From: Cyanobacteria bacterium SOY_34_metabat_3
GTDB taxonomy: Bacteria; Cyanobacteriota; Cyanobacteriia; Cyanobacteriales; Microcoleaceae
Assembly (NCBI GenBank): GCA_031399265.1
Contig: JANNOR010000280.1
Span: 15,378 to 79,377, forward strand
Direction: 5' to 3'
Length of the DNA stretch: 64,000 bases
Below the pieces are notes generated by a model that was not told the origin of the DNA, searched no databases, and worked only from the letters and a program-made list of their open reading frames with translations. Shown piece by piece: positions 20,267-30,081 of this stretch (position 1 is the first letter of the stretch; the number at the start of each line of letters is the position of its first letter). The position numbers were made by a program, and so were the translations under genes.

Positions 20267-21448
20267 ATGACCTTGGATTGGATTACCACTGCTGACAGGT
20301 TGCAAACACTACCGCCCTATGTATTTGCCCGTCTCGATGAACTCAAAGCCCGTGCCCGCGAACAAGGATTAGACCTGATAGACTTGGGAATGGGAAACCC
20401 AGACGGTGCGACTCCACAACCAGTAGTAGAAGCCGCCATCGCAGCCATCCAAAATCCAGCTAATCATGGCTATCCACCATTTGAAGGAACAACGAGTTTT
20501 CGCCGCACCATTACTAAATGGTACAGCCGCCGCTACAACGTTGAATTAGATCCAGAAAGCGAAGCATTACCTTTGTTGGGTTCCAAAGAAGGTTTGGCGC
20601 ATTTTGCGATGACCTACATCAATCCAGGGGATGTAATATTAGTACCAAGTCCTGCTTATCCGGTATTATTTCGCGGCCCAATTATCGCCGGCGCGAAAGT
20701 TCATAACATTATCCTCAAACCAGAAAATGACTGGGTAATTGATTTAGCCGACATTCCCGATCGCGTAGCCGAACAAGCCAAAATACTCTATTTCAATTAT
20801 CCCAGCAATCCGACTGGGGCGACTGCGCCCCGTGAATTTTTCAAAGATATTGTGGCCTTCGCGCACAAGCATCAAATCTTGTTAGTTCATGACTTATGTT
20901 ATGCCGAATTGGCTTTTGACGGCTATCAACCGACAAGTTTATTAGAAATTCCCGGCGGTAAAGAAATTGGCGTGGAATTTCACACTATGTCAAAAACCTA
21001 CAATATGGCTGGTTGGCGAGTCGGTTTTGTGGTAGGAAATAGCAAGATTATCCAAGGTTTGCGGACATTAAAAACTAACTTAGATTACGGTATATTTTCC
21101 GCATTGCAGACAGCGGCTGAAACAGCACTGCAATTACCAGATAGTTACTTGAATGAAGTGCAGAATCGTTACAGAACTCGCCGGGATTTTATGGTTGCAG
21201 GATTGGCAGAATTAGGATGGAATATTCCTAAACCTCTGGCTGCGATGTATCTTTGGGTTCCCTGTACTCGCGGCATGAGTTCGACGGATTTTGCCTTGAA
21301 TGTTTTGCAGCAAACTGGTGTTGTTGTCACTCCCGGAAATGCTTTTGGGCCTGGCGGCGAAGGATATGTGAGAATTAGTTTGATTGCAGATTGCGATCGC
21401 CTGGGAGAAGCCTTGCGCCGCATGAAACAAGCTAATATTCGATATTAG
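20267..21448 (+). CDS. Class I/II PLP-dependent aminotransferase (aspartate/LL-DAP aminotransferase-like)
   Basis: DLGMGNPD, NYPSNPTG, FHTMSKTYNMAGWRVG. Confidence 0.9.
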   Translation: MTLDWITTADRLQTLPPYVFARLDELKARAREQGLDLIDLGMGNPDGATPQPVVEAAIAAIQNPANHGYPPFEGTTSFRRTITKWYSRRYNVELDPESEALPLLGSKEGLAHFAMTYINPGDVILVPSPAYPVLFRGPIIAGAKVHNIILKPENDWVIDLADIPDRVAEQAKILYFNYPSNPTGATAPREFFKDIVAFAHKHQILLVHDLCYAELAFDGYQPTSLLEIPGGKEIGVEFHTMSKTYNMAGWRVGFVVGNSKIIQGLRTLKTNLDYGIFSALQTAAETALQLPDSYLNEVQNRYRTRRDFMVAGLAELGWNIPKPLAAMYLWVPCTRGMSSTDFALNVLQQTGVVVTPGNAFGPGGEGYVRISLIADCDRLGEALRRMKQANIRY

Positions 21449-21560
21449 TTATTGGGCATGGGGCATGGGGCATCGGGCATCGGGTACGATCGGACAATCA
21501 TTTTTGATTAACCAATTCCCAATTCCTAATTCCCATTTCCCAATCCCCAATTCCCAATTA

Positions 21561-22706
21561 CTATAAGCTTTTAATTTCCTCAACAACCCAGTCAAAAGTT
21601 TCGAGAACTTGGTGGAGATCGGATTCATCTTGTAAAGTAAACAAAGCCAAACTCGGCGACCTTCTTTCACCAGGTTCCGTAGGTAGCGACAGACCGATCG
21701 AACTAAACTTATTTCTCAATTCCAGCCACTTTTCTTCTCCGTCAAAGGGCGGCTGCAAACCGTAATTGTGAGCTGCAATCTCCATTTTGCCAGCAATATT
21801 AACGGTAAACAACTGATAGAGTTTTTTACCTTTGCGGTGCAATTGGGCCGCAAAGCCTCCGTAGGTGTCCCCCGTACCCCACTGAATCTCCATTTCTGGC
21901 GATCGATCTTTCGCCCAAACGTATATTGCTTTTGCCATTTGCGCCTCTTCTGCGCCCCGTCTGGCCTTCATTTCGGCAAAAAATGAAGATTCATCCCAGC
22001 GCCTTCTTTCGCGGGTTGCGCTAGATTTTTTCTGCTGTGCTTCGGCTGTCTGACCGATGATTCTGGGAACCAAAGTTCTCAGCCCGTCTTGACTTACATA
22101 CTGCTTAATTTCCAGGGCCAAAACTTCAACCGGATCCATTTGTTCGTTGAGAAATTCCACCACCCGGCGCATTTCAGCGGAAATTTCATCAGCTACAAAA
22201 ACCAAGCGAATTTTACCAGCTTGCAAATTAGTTTTAACTTTTTGCCAAAACCGGTCTTCATTCGCATCCGCACCGAGAAACTCTTCAAAAATCTGTTCGG
22301 GATCGCGACCCCGATCGCGACAATTAGCTTCAAACAAAGCAATAATCGAATCGATCGGCCAATAAACGACCGCATTAGCAGCATAGTCGATCGACTGACC
22401 CAAAACTTTTTGCCGCAGTTCCGCATTAGGAGTGCGCCGGACATCAACCAAAGTCGGAATTGCATCTTGGTCGATAAACAAATGATCCAGCGACCACTGT
22501 ACGGCTGTTTCCTCATCGCTGGCCGCTGTCACTTCCCGCGAAATTAACAGCCACCTGCGCGGTGTCGCCCGATCGATCTGGTCTCCGGCGATCAGATTCG
22601 GATAAGTTACTAGCAAGTCTTGTAACTGATCTTCTGAATCGTAGGGCTGTTCCATCATTTCCACAAGTCGATCGTCGTCCTGAATCAGATAAATACCTCC
22701 AGCCAT
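21561..22706 (-). CDS. PD-(D/E)xK-like (NucS/EndoMS-related fold) protein with a C-terminal domain of unknown function
   Basis: EDQLQDLL, LDHLFIDQDAIPTLVDVRR, GQSIDYAA, IRLVFVA. Confidence 0.6.
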   Translation of the reverse strand: MAGGIYLIQDDDRLVEMMEQPYDSEDQLQDLLVTYPNLIAGDQIDRATPRRWLLISREVTAASDEETAVQWSLDHLFIDQDAIPTLVDVRRTPNAELRQKVLGQSIDYAANAVVYWPIDSIIALFEANCRDRGRDPEQIFEEFLGADANEDRFWQKVKTNLQAGKIRLVFVADEISAEMRRVVEFLNEQMDPVEVLALEIKQYVSQDGLRTLVPRIIGQTAEAQQKKSSATRERRRWDESSFFAEMKARRGAEEAQMAKAIYVWAKDRSPEMEIQWGTGDTYGGFAAQLHRKGKKLYQLFTVNIAGKMEIAAHNYGLQPPFDGEEKWLELRNKFSSIGLSLPTEPGERRSPSLALFTLQDESDLHQVLETFDWVVEEIKSL

Positions 22707-22795
22707 GCAAGTCCACCTACTTAATTTTAGATTTTATTTTTTGAACAGCTAACTATTTGTTGACTGTTAACTGTTGACGGTTAACTGTTAACGGA

Positions 22796-23719
22796 CTAAT
22801 GACTAATCCCAGTAAATACTCGCTGTGCCGGCCCTGTCATGTAAATCCGTCCAGAAACTTCAGCCCATTCGATTTCTAAAACGCCGCCGGGGAGCTCAAC
22901 CGCAGTTGTCCGATCGCACTTACCGACCAATACCCCAGCCACCACAGCCGCACAAGCACCAGTCCCACAAGCTAGAGTAACACCTGCCCCTCTTTCCCAC
23001 ACTCGCATTTTTACATAGTCCCGTCGTATGACTTGAATAAATTCCGTATTTGTACGCTGCGGGAACGCTTGGTGGTGTTCAAATTGAGGCCCGACAGTTT
23101 CTAAAGCCACAGCCGCAACATCCTCGACAAAAGTAATGCAGTGAGGATTTCCCATGCTGACGCAGGTAACAGACCAAGATTTGCCGTCCGATTCGATCGG
23201 CACATCTACTGCTTTGGCATCCGGTGCGGTTAAAGTTGTCGGAATTTCCGCAGCCAGCAGCCGGGGAATTCCCATATCCACCTTTACCTGAGAGTCCGAT
23301 CGCAATTCTGTGACAATCACCCCCGCACCCGTGTGAATCCGGTACTCAGTCTTAGATGTACTCCCCCCCTTAGCAACCGGGGATTGAATTTCCTGAGATT
23401 TACTCCCCCCCTTAGCAAGGGGGGGCTGGGGGGGGTTCATTTCCGCTGCTTCCAAATCGGCGATAAACTTAGCCAAACAGCGAATCCCGTTGCCGCACAT
23501 TTCCGGTTCCGAACCGTCGGAGTTAAAAATCCGCATCGTATAATCAGTGTCGTTTTGTCCGGGAAGAGCAAAGATGACGCCATCTGCACCAATGCCAAAA
23601 TGTCGATCGCACCATTCCACAGCTTGTTGTGGTGTTAGCACAGGTTCCGACGAGTGGCGGTTGTCAATCAGAATAAAATCATTGCCCAGTCCGTGATACT
23701 TGGTAAACTCGATCGGCAT
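22796..23719 (-). CDS. dapF: Diaminopimelate epimerase with an in-frame repeat-derived insertion
   Basis: [42 protein letters not shown]. Confidence 0.97.
   Translation of the reverse strand: MPIEFTKYHGLGNDFILIDNRHSSEPVLTPQQAVEWCDRHFGIGADGVIFALPGQNDTDYTMRIFNSDGSEPEMCGNGIRCLAKFIADLEAAEMNPPQPPLAKGGSKSQEIQSPVAKGGSTSKTEYRIHTGAGVIVTELRSDSQVKVDMGIPRLLAAEIPTTLTAPDAKAVDVPIESDGKSWSVTCVSMGNPHCITFVEDVAAVALETVGPQFEHHQAFPQRTNTEFIQVIRRDYVKMRVWERGAGVTLACGTGACAAVVAGVLVGKCDRTTAVELPGGVLEIEWAEVSGRIYMTGPAQRVFTGISH
23358..23438. repeat. Two CCCCCCTTAGCAAGGGGGG-type small dispersed repeats inside dapF
   Basis: They encode [10 protein letters not shown] and SPVAKGG in DapF. Confidence 0.8.
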
Positions 23720-23765
23720 AAAAACAAACCTCTTTTAGTTAAAACTGATGAGATGATGTGATGAC

Positions 23766-24083
23766 CAAGAAACTGAGATTCAAGCCCCGTCCTTCTAGTA
23801 CGGCTTTGATTTTCCTATCTTGTTGGCAAAAGCTAGTATAAGATAATAACACCCAAAAGATTTCTAGGCCCAAGACACGTTGAAATAGCTACGATGCGGG
23901 CAAACTTAGAAACGGCTAGAAAGGCAATGGTTAACTCCAACCGTAGGATAGCAGGGTAAAAAGTCGCCACAGGGCATTGGGAGACTTTAAACGGACATGG
24001 AGACAGAGTAAGACTACGCTTGCGTTGCATCAGTCGATGAAGTGTCAAGAATCACCGCACTTTTAGGGCGGTGAGTATGTCAA
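23766..24083 (+). mobile_element. Non-autonomous IS200/IS605 (TnpB family) miniature element retaining an omegaRNA
   Basis: Left end CAAGAAACTGAGATTCAAGCCCCGTCCT..ACGGC and right end GATGAAGTGTCAAGAATCACCGC..GCGGTGAGTATGTCAA match the ends of the tnpB element at 43527-44936; preceded by ATGAC. Confidence 0.88.
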
Positions 24084-24103
24084 CAAATTACCCATTTCTC
24101 AGT
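23959..24103 (+). ncRNA. TnpB omegaRNA scaffold (23959-24083) plus predicted guide (24084-24103)
   Basis: Collinear with 44812-44936 (AAAAGTCG..TAAACGGAC..GATGAAG(T/C)GTCAAGAATCACCGC..TCAA); 5' boundary approximate. Confidence 0.75.
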
Positions 24104-24316
24104 ATGTCTGAATTTGAGACCGGATTGCCCAGTGTTCGCTTAATACAAAGCTACATCAAAGACAAACAACAGATAGAACTAAAACTCGTTACAGGCGATT
24201 TGCTAACAGGCAGAATTTTTTGGCAGGATAATAGCTGTATTTGCCTCCTCGATGCCTCAGAAACACAAATTCTCATTTCGCGATCGGCAATTGCTTATCT
24301 CAAGCCCAACGCTTGA
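24104..24316 (+). CDS. hfq: Cyanobacterial Hfq homolog
   Basis: [32 protein letters not shown]...FWQD...AIAYLKP Sm fold; divergent from dapF; start ATG 24104. Confidence 0.9.
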   Translation: MSEFETGLPSVRLIQSYIKDKQQIELKLVTGDLLTGRIFWQDNSCICLLDASETQILISRSAIAYLKPNA

Positions 24317-24322
24317 GGAGAA

Positions 24323-24477
24323 GGGGCATGGGGCATGGGGCATGGGGCATGGGGCATGGGGCATGGGGCATGGGGCATGGGTCAAGGGGCATGGGGCATG
24401 GGAATCGGTAGCCAATTCCCAATTCCCAATTCCCAATTCCCAATTCCCAATTCCCAATTCCCAATTCCCAATTCCCT
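24323..24477. repeat. STRR heptamer tracts (GGGGCAT)n and (AATTCCC)n
   Basis: Direct tandem heptamers between the convergent hfq and antiporter genes; similar tracts near 13980, 21450, 48200 and 53490. Confidence 0.95.
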
Positions 24478-26791
24478 AATCGCTAAACAGCTTTTCGGTC
24501 ACTTGCGCGGCGAGAATAGGCATCTTTAAGGCTGGTTGCAAAACTGGCGGGGAAGCAGTCCGCTGCATCAAGCCGAGTTCGTAAAAGCCACCGCACAGCA
24601 GCAAACGATCGCCCTCTTGTAAATCGGTAGTTCCGTCCGGCCAGCGAGTAAACTTCCCTTCCCGGCGGATCGCCCGCACCTGCACCCCGTACTGAGGCAG
24701 CAACTCAATCTCCGACAGTTTTTGACCCGCCCAAGGGCTGTTTGATGGCAGCCTCAGCCACTGACAAGAACTGTCGCCCTGCGGGACGGCAATTTCCCCC
24801 TTCGCCAGCAACTCAAAACTCACGAGTTCTTCCGGTTCTCCGACTACCAAAACCCGATCGCCCGACTCCAAAGCTGCCTTACCGTTGGGATAGTCTATTT
24901 CCCGGCCATCCTCGCGGACGATCGCCATCACGCTGACCCCTGTCAACTGCCGCAAGTTAGTTTCTTCCAGAGTCATGCCGGCGATCGGAGCACCTTCGGG
25001 CAAACTGTACCATTCGCTGTTCATATCTTGAACCGCCACTTTCAAATCCCGCGAAACCGCCAAAGGTTCGCGCGCCGGCCGCAGTTCCAGATAGCGACTG
25101 CTGCGAATTTGCTGTACTTCCCGCCCGATCGCCATTGCGGAGACTCCCATCCCAGCCAGCAAGTGTGCAGACAGTTCTAAACTCGCCTCAAAATCCGGCT
25201 GTACCACTTCCCACGCCCCCAGTTGGTAAAGCAGTTCAATATCTTTATCTTTGTTAGCCCGCACCACAATATCCAAATCCGGGACTAATTCCAAAGCCCG
25301 CTTCAGACACAAACGAGTGCTCATCGGATCGGGAAGCGTCACCGCCATTGCCTTTGCCCGTCCTACCCCAGCAGATTCCAAGACGTGCAAACTGGCAGCA
25401 TTACCGTAAATATAAGGAATTCCCTGCGTTCTGCACTCTTGAATTCGGCTTTCGGACTCGTCGATCACCACAACTGAACAGTTGCGGCTTTGCAGCATTT
25501 TGACTAAATTTCTGCCAACTCGCCCGTAGCCGCAAACCACAACATGATTTTGTTCCGGCAAACTTTCCGCTATTTCTACAGGTTGAGACATTTGGTCAAA
25601 ATAGCGCTGCAAAGGCCCGAAATTTTCCGCCCAATTGAATAACTGCGGCACGCTTCTCAATACAAACGGCGTTAGTACAAGAGTGACTGCTGTCGTTCCT
25701 AAAATTAACAAGTAAACGTCTCGCGAAACCAGCCCCAATGCTTGGCCGGAACTAGCGAGTACAAAGGAGAATTCTCCTATTTGAGCTAAGCCCAAACCTG
25801 CGATTAATGCGGTTTTTAGCGGATAGCCAAACAGTCGAACGATCGGCGTTATAATTAAGAACTTGCCGACAAATACTAGAAATACCAGTCCCAGAATTAA
25901 TTCTAGATGATTCCAGAGAAAGAACGGGTCAATTAGCATTCCGATGGTCACAAAAAATAGGGAAGCAAAAATATCTCGCAAAGGCTCGACATAAGTTAGA
26001 GTTTGGTCGGCATATTCCACCTCGGAAATCATTAAACCCGCCACAAAGGCGCCCATCTCGATCGAGAAACCCAAATATTCTGTCAGCAGCGCAATACTCA
26101 AAGCCAAAACTACAACTCCCAGCAAAAACAGTTCCCGGCTTTCTGTTTTAGCCAGGTAACGCAGCAACTGCGGTACGATCCAGATTCCCGCAACTACAGC
26201 ACCCGCAGCAAATAAACTAATCCGCAGCAGCGCCCACGCTACCGTGATGCCGATCGCCTCTGCTGGCTGGTTGAGAGCCGGCAAAACTGCTAGCATTAGC
26301 CCCAAGGCCAAATCTTGAACTACTAATATTCCCAGCATGACTTGACCGTGGGAAGTACCGCTTTCGGAACGCTCCATCAAGCACTTGAGTACAACTGCTG
26401 TCGAGGAAAGCGACAGGATCGCTCCTAAAAACACGCCTTGGGCGGGCGATTCTACCCAGCCTACAGCCAAGGAAATTGCCGTGGTAAAGGCGATCGTCAG
26501 CACAATTTGCAAGCCCCCGCCGCCCAAGCTAATCGCTTTAACTTTTTGGAGTTCTGCGAAAGAAAACTCAACTCCCAGAGCAAATAACAGAAAAGCAACG
26601 CCAAATTCAGCCAGGGTGTCCACCTGAATTAATTCCTTAATCAGCCCCAAACCCGCCGGCCCAACTACGATCCCTCCCAGCAGGTAGCCGAGAATTACCG
26701 GCTGTCGCAACAGCGAGGCAAAGAGTCCTCCTGCTGCGGCAGCAGCGAGAACTAGAACTAAGTCAACGATAAGTCGGAAGTCTTCTTGCAC
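24476..26791 (-). CDS. CPA2 family cation:proton antiporter with TrkA-N and TrkA-C domains
   Basis: [33 protein letters not shown]; likely start GTG 26791. Confidence 0.92.
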
Positions 26792-26959
26792 AACTTTATG
26801 AAAAAAGTGTAAAGTTATATTATAGTATCTAATGTGTTGACTGTGTTTAATGTATTGACTATGCTTTAAAAGCAAGTGCAACAGCCGCCAAAATGTTGTA
26901 ATTAAGTTTGGCACTACAAGCAAAAACAGATGGATTTTGTTTATTGCCGCAAATTGAGC

Positions 26960-27350
26960 ATTTGCAGGCTTATTAATATTTTATGCTGGGAACAGCTTAG
27001 AAATAGAGCGAATCAGCAGTTTTGGAGTTTTGGCCGCGTTGTTAATCGTAGGTTCGGCATCGATCGACCTTAACGACTCTCCCAAAGTCCCCAAAATTCT
27101 AACATACTTGGGAGATACCTCCTACTCGATATTTTTAATCCACAGCCCGATCGTATCAGCCACAACAAAAGTGCTGCAAAAGGCGAATTTAGGAAAATAT
27201 TATGATGGCTTCTTTGCCCCCGCGTTGGTAGCATTGATTACTGTAGTTGCAGGCTGCATATTCTACTCTTTAATCAAAAAACCGCTGACAGTTTATCTGC
27301 GGAAAAATGTAGTTAAAAAAATAAATTTATCCAAAGCGCCAGCCAGCTAA
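26960..27350 (+). pseudogene. 3' remnant of an acyltransferase-3 (OafA-like) gene
   Basis: YLGDTSYSIFLIH motif and C-terminal FYSLIKKPL; frame is closed by a stop about 25 codons upstream of 27030. Confidence 0.65.
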
Positions 27351-27370
27351 TTGTAGGGTAATTTCCGTTG

Positions 27371-27531
27371 GTAGGGTGCGTCGCGATCTAGAATCTCCGT
27401 AAAAAATCGAGAAATCTAAAAGCGACGCACCGCAGGGTTTAATTAGTTCGATCGCAAGCAACATATTTTGGATGGTGCGTCGCTGTGAAATTGTCGATCG
27501 CATTTGCAGATTGTAGAAGGCGACGCATCCT
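27371..27531. repeat. GTAG-type REP doublets (GGTGCGTCGC / GCGACGCACC)
   Basis: Two IR pairs at 27371-27431 and about 27474-27531. Confidence 0.7.
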
Positions 27532-27596
27532 GCAAAGAATTGAGAGAGAAAATAGCAAAAGGGCTAGAGAGAAGAGAAAAGTCCTCGCCGGGAAAA

Positions 27597-28697
27597 CTAG
27601 GACGAGGAAGAAACAGATGGAACCGCTACGCGAAAACCCCCGAAACTCAACCTGTTGACCCCCGAGATGTGGAGACGAATGGCACTACGGCAACCGACCG
27701 CATTGAAGGACCAGGAACCACCACGGTGCACTGGGTGATTATATGTTCCTGTTTCCCAAGAACTTCCGTCAGTCGGTGCGCCACTATAATTACCATGCCA
27801 TTTATCGCTGCACCATTCCAAAACATTCCCGTGCATATCATATAAACCAAATGAATTCGGCGGAAAACTCCCCACATCCGTTGTTTGTTGGCGGTAAAGT
27901 AGTCCCTGCGGTGCAGCACCGTAGAGATTATTGCCATCATAATTAACTAAATCCGGGGTAATCGTGTCGCCAAAATAGAAAGGTGTTGTAGTTTCCGCGC
28001 GACAAGCATATTCCCATTCCGCTTCCGCAGGTAAACGATAAGTCTTTCCTGTTTTTTCAGAAAGTTTATGGCAGAATTTCATAGCGTCATCCCAATTTAC
28101 TTTTTCCACAGGACGTTTCGCACCTTTGAAATCAGAAGGATTATTTCCCATCACCGCTTCCCACTGTGCTTGAGTAATCGGATATTTGCCCAGATAAAAA
28201 GGTTGGACAGTTACTTGATGCACTGGTTGTTCCGAAATACTTTCATATGAACCCATCTGGAACGTACCAGCGGGAATATAAACCATTTCCAGTATAACTC
28301 CATTACCTAAGTCTTCAGGGAAGAAGCTCGCAAAGGACTTAGTGCGGCTGTTTTCTCTGCCATGCGAATCGACTGTGATGACATCAAATTCAAATGTGGG
28401 TAAATAGTCTTGTAACTGTAGTTTTATCTTTAAATCATCCCTATCTTTCAGCAATGAATAGGCTGCTACTTTCACCTCCATTGACTCATCCCGCAATGCT
28501 CCAATGATTAAATCTAATCCTGCTTCTCCATATTTCAGCGCTTGGGACAGTGCAGCGATTCTGACTTCGATCGCAGGTGAAGCCAATCGGCTTTTAACGC
28601 CCGCAATTCCTCCCAGTACCGCAGCATTGACAGGAGTTGAATTTTGACCGCCTTTGACGGCATCATATTCTCCGGGTTGATTTTGCTCATTTGGCAT
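27597..28697 (-). CDS. HEAT-like N-terminal module fused to a formylglycine-generating enzyme (FGE-sulfatase) domain
   Basis: ALSQALKYGEAGLDLII; FQMGS, YRLPAEAEWEYACRA, PNSFGLYDMHGNVLEWC, RGGSW. Confidence 0.9.
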   Translation of the reverse strand: MPNEQNQPGEYDAVKGGQNSTPVNAAVLGGIAGVKSRLASPAIEVRIAALSQALKYGEAGLDLIIGALRDESMEVKVAAYSLLKDRDDLKIKLQLQDYLPTFEFDVITVDSHGRENSRTKSFASFFPEDLGNGVILEMVYIPAGTFQMGSYESISEQPVHQVTVQPFYLGKYPITQAQWEAVMGNNPSDFKGAKRPVEKVNWDDAMKFCHKLSEKTGKTYRLPAEAEWEYACRAETTTPFYFGDTITPDLVNYDGNNLYGAAPQGLLYRQQTTDVGSFPPNSFGLYDMHGNVLEWCSDKWHGNYSGAPTDGSSWETGTYNHPVHRGGSWSFNAVGCRSAIRLHISGVNRLSFGGFRVAVPSVSSSS

Positions 28698-28936
28698 GGC
28701 ATTTTCATCTTTCTATGATTAACCACTGTGGCATTTACTGAACAAATACGCCAAATACTCAAAAATTACCCAGTTACGCTACTTTCCAAGGCAAATCGCG
28801 CGTTGGGTTTTGCGCTTTTACAGGCTACATTTACCGATTTGGCGCAAGTCCTAGCATTGCTTTATTCTTTGCGGTCAGAGCGTGCTAGAGTTAGCTACTT
28901 TATGTAACATGAGCTAGATAAGAATTTAGGATATCG

Positions 28937-29872
28937 GTGATGATGACTGTAAATCAAAGCAACTGCCGACAAAGTGCAAAAATAATTGTGAATCCTATTT
29001 TCCGGTGGGGAGGGTTGAAGGCAAAGCAGCTAACGATCGTAACTGGGGGAATTGTTGCCAGTATTCTCAGTCTGGTATCGCCCGTGCAAGCTTTGCAGGT
29101 GCAGGTGACGCCGGCAAATCCAGAACTGGGAGATACGCTGTCAGTAATCATTCAGGTAAATAGCAGCAGCCCGACTCCAACGGTTTCTGTACAGCAAAAA
29201 AACTACCCGGCTTTTCCAATGGGCAATAATCGCTTTCGGGCGCTGTTACCTACAACTCCGCTAGAGAAAGCCGGTGCTCGCCAAATTCAAGTCGCTGGTG
29301 ACGGACAAGTGCAGAAGTTGAGCGTGCAAGTTCGATCGCGCAATTTTCCCACTCAATCTATCGTTCTACCTCCGGGTAAAGACAGTGAAGGTACTGACGC
29401 GGAATTCGATCGGGTAGACGCATTTAAAGCACTGGTGACACCCCAAAAGTTTTGGAACGGCCCACTTTTGCGACCCAACTCCGGCGAAATTACCACCATT
29501 TATGGCGTGCGACGGTACTATAATGGGGTTTTTGCGCAAGACTACTACCACCGTGGCGTCGATTACGCGGGTGCTTACGGTTCCCCTGTAGTTGCACCGG
29601 CAGCCGGTCGGGTGGCTCTAGTCGGCCGCGAATCTCAAGGGTTTAAAATCCACGGGAATGTCGTCGGTATCGACCACGGGCAAGGGGTAGCAAGTATTTT
29701 GATGCACCTGAGCCGGATAGATGTTAAAGAAGGTGATTTTGTGCCGGCCGGTCAAGTAATTGGCGCTCTGGGATCGACCGGAGCTTCGACGGGCCCTCAC
29801 CTGCACTGGGGACTTTATGTCAACGGGCAGGCGATCGATCCGGTACCTTGGCGGCTTGTTGGAGTTGAGTAG
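28937..29872 (+). CDS. M23 family metallopeptidase
   Basis: YHRGVDYAG, GSTGASTGPHLHW; true start may be further downstream. Confidence 0.9.
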   Translation: MMMTVNQSNCRQSAKIIVNPIFRWGGLKAKQLTIVTGGIVASILSLVSPVQALQVQVTPANPELGDTLSVIIQVNSSSPTPTVSVQQKNYPAFPMGNNRFRALLPTTPLEKAGARQIQVAGDGQVQKLSVQVRSRNFPTQSIVLPPGKDSEGTDAEFDRVDAFKALVTPQKFWNGPLLRPNSGEITTIYGVRRYYNGVFAQDYYHRGVDYAGAYGSPVVAPAAGRVALVGRESQGFKIHGNVVGIDHGQGVASILMHLSRIDVKEGDFVPAGQVIGALGSTGASTGPHLHWGLYVNGQAIDPVPWRLVGVE

Positions 29873-30081
29873 GAATTTTTAGGTTTTTTGACGGATAAAG
29901 CCGTCAATTATGGGGTAAGTTTGTGGCTGAGGCGTGCAGATAACTGAAATTGGTTATCGCTATTGAGTTAGGATTGATATCAAAATTCTCGATTCCAACC
30001 TCAAAACTCCAATCTCAAGACGCTAGCAATCGCGTCTTCAAAAAAAATCTATTAATGATGCCGTTGAGCGGGGACGCATAT

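Noticed and set aside
23885-23960. c-di-GMP-I (GEMM) riboswitch
   Set aside because: GGGCAAAC and GAAA are present, but I could not build the P2 tetraloop helix or receptor; kept only as an unexplained structure
24252-24529. ORFs with MGHGAW / PIPNSQF repeats (also near 13982, 21449, 48072-48462, 53504)
   Set aside because: Translation artefacts of STRR heptamer tracts; they also falsely extend ictB and rpsR
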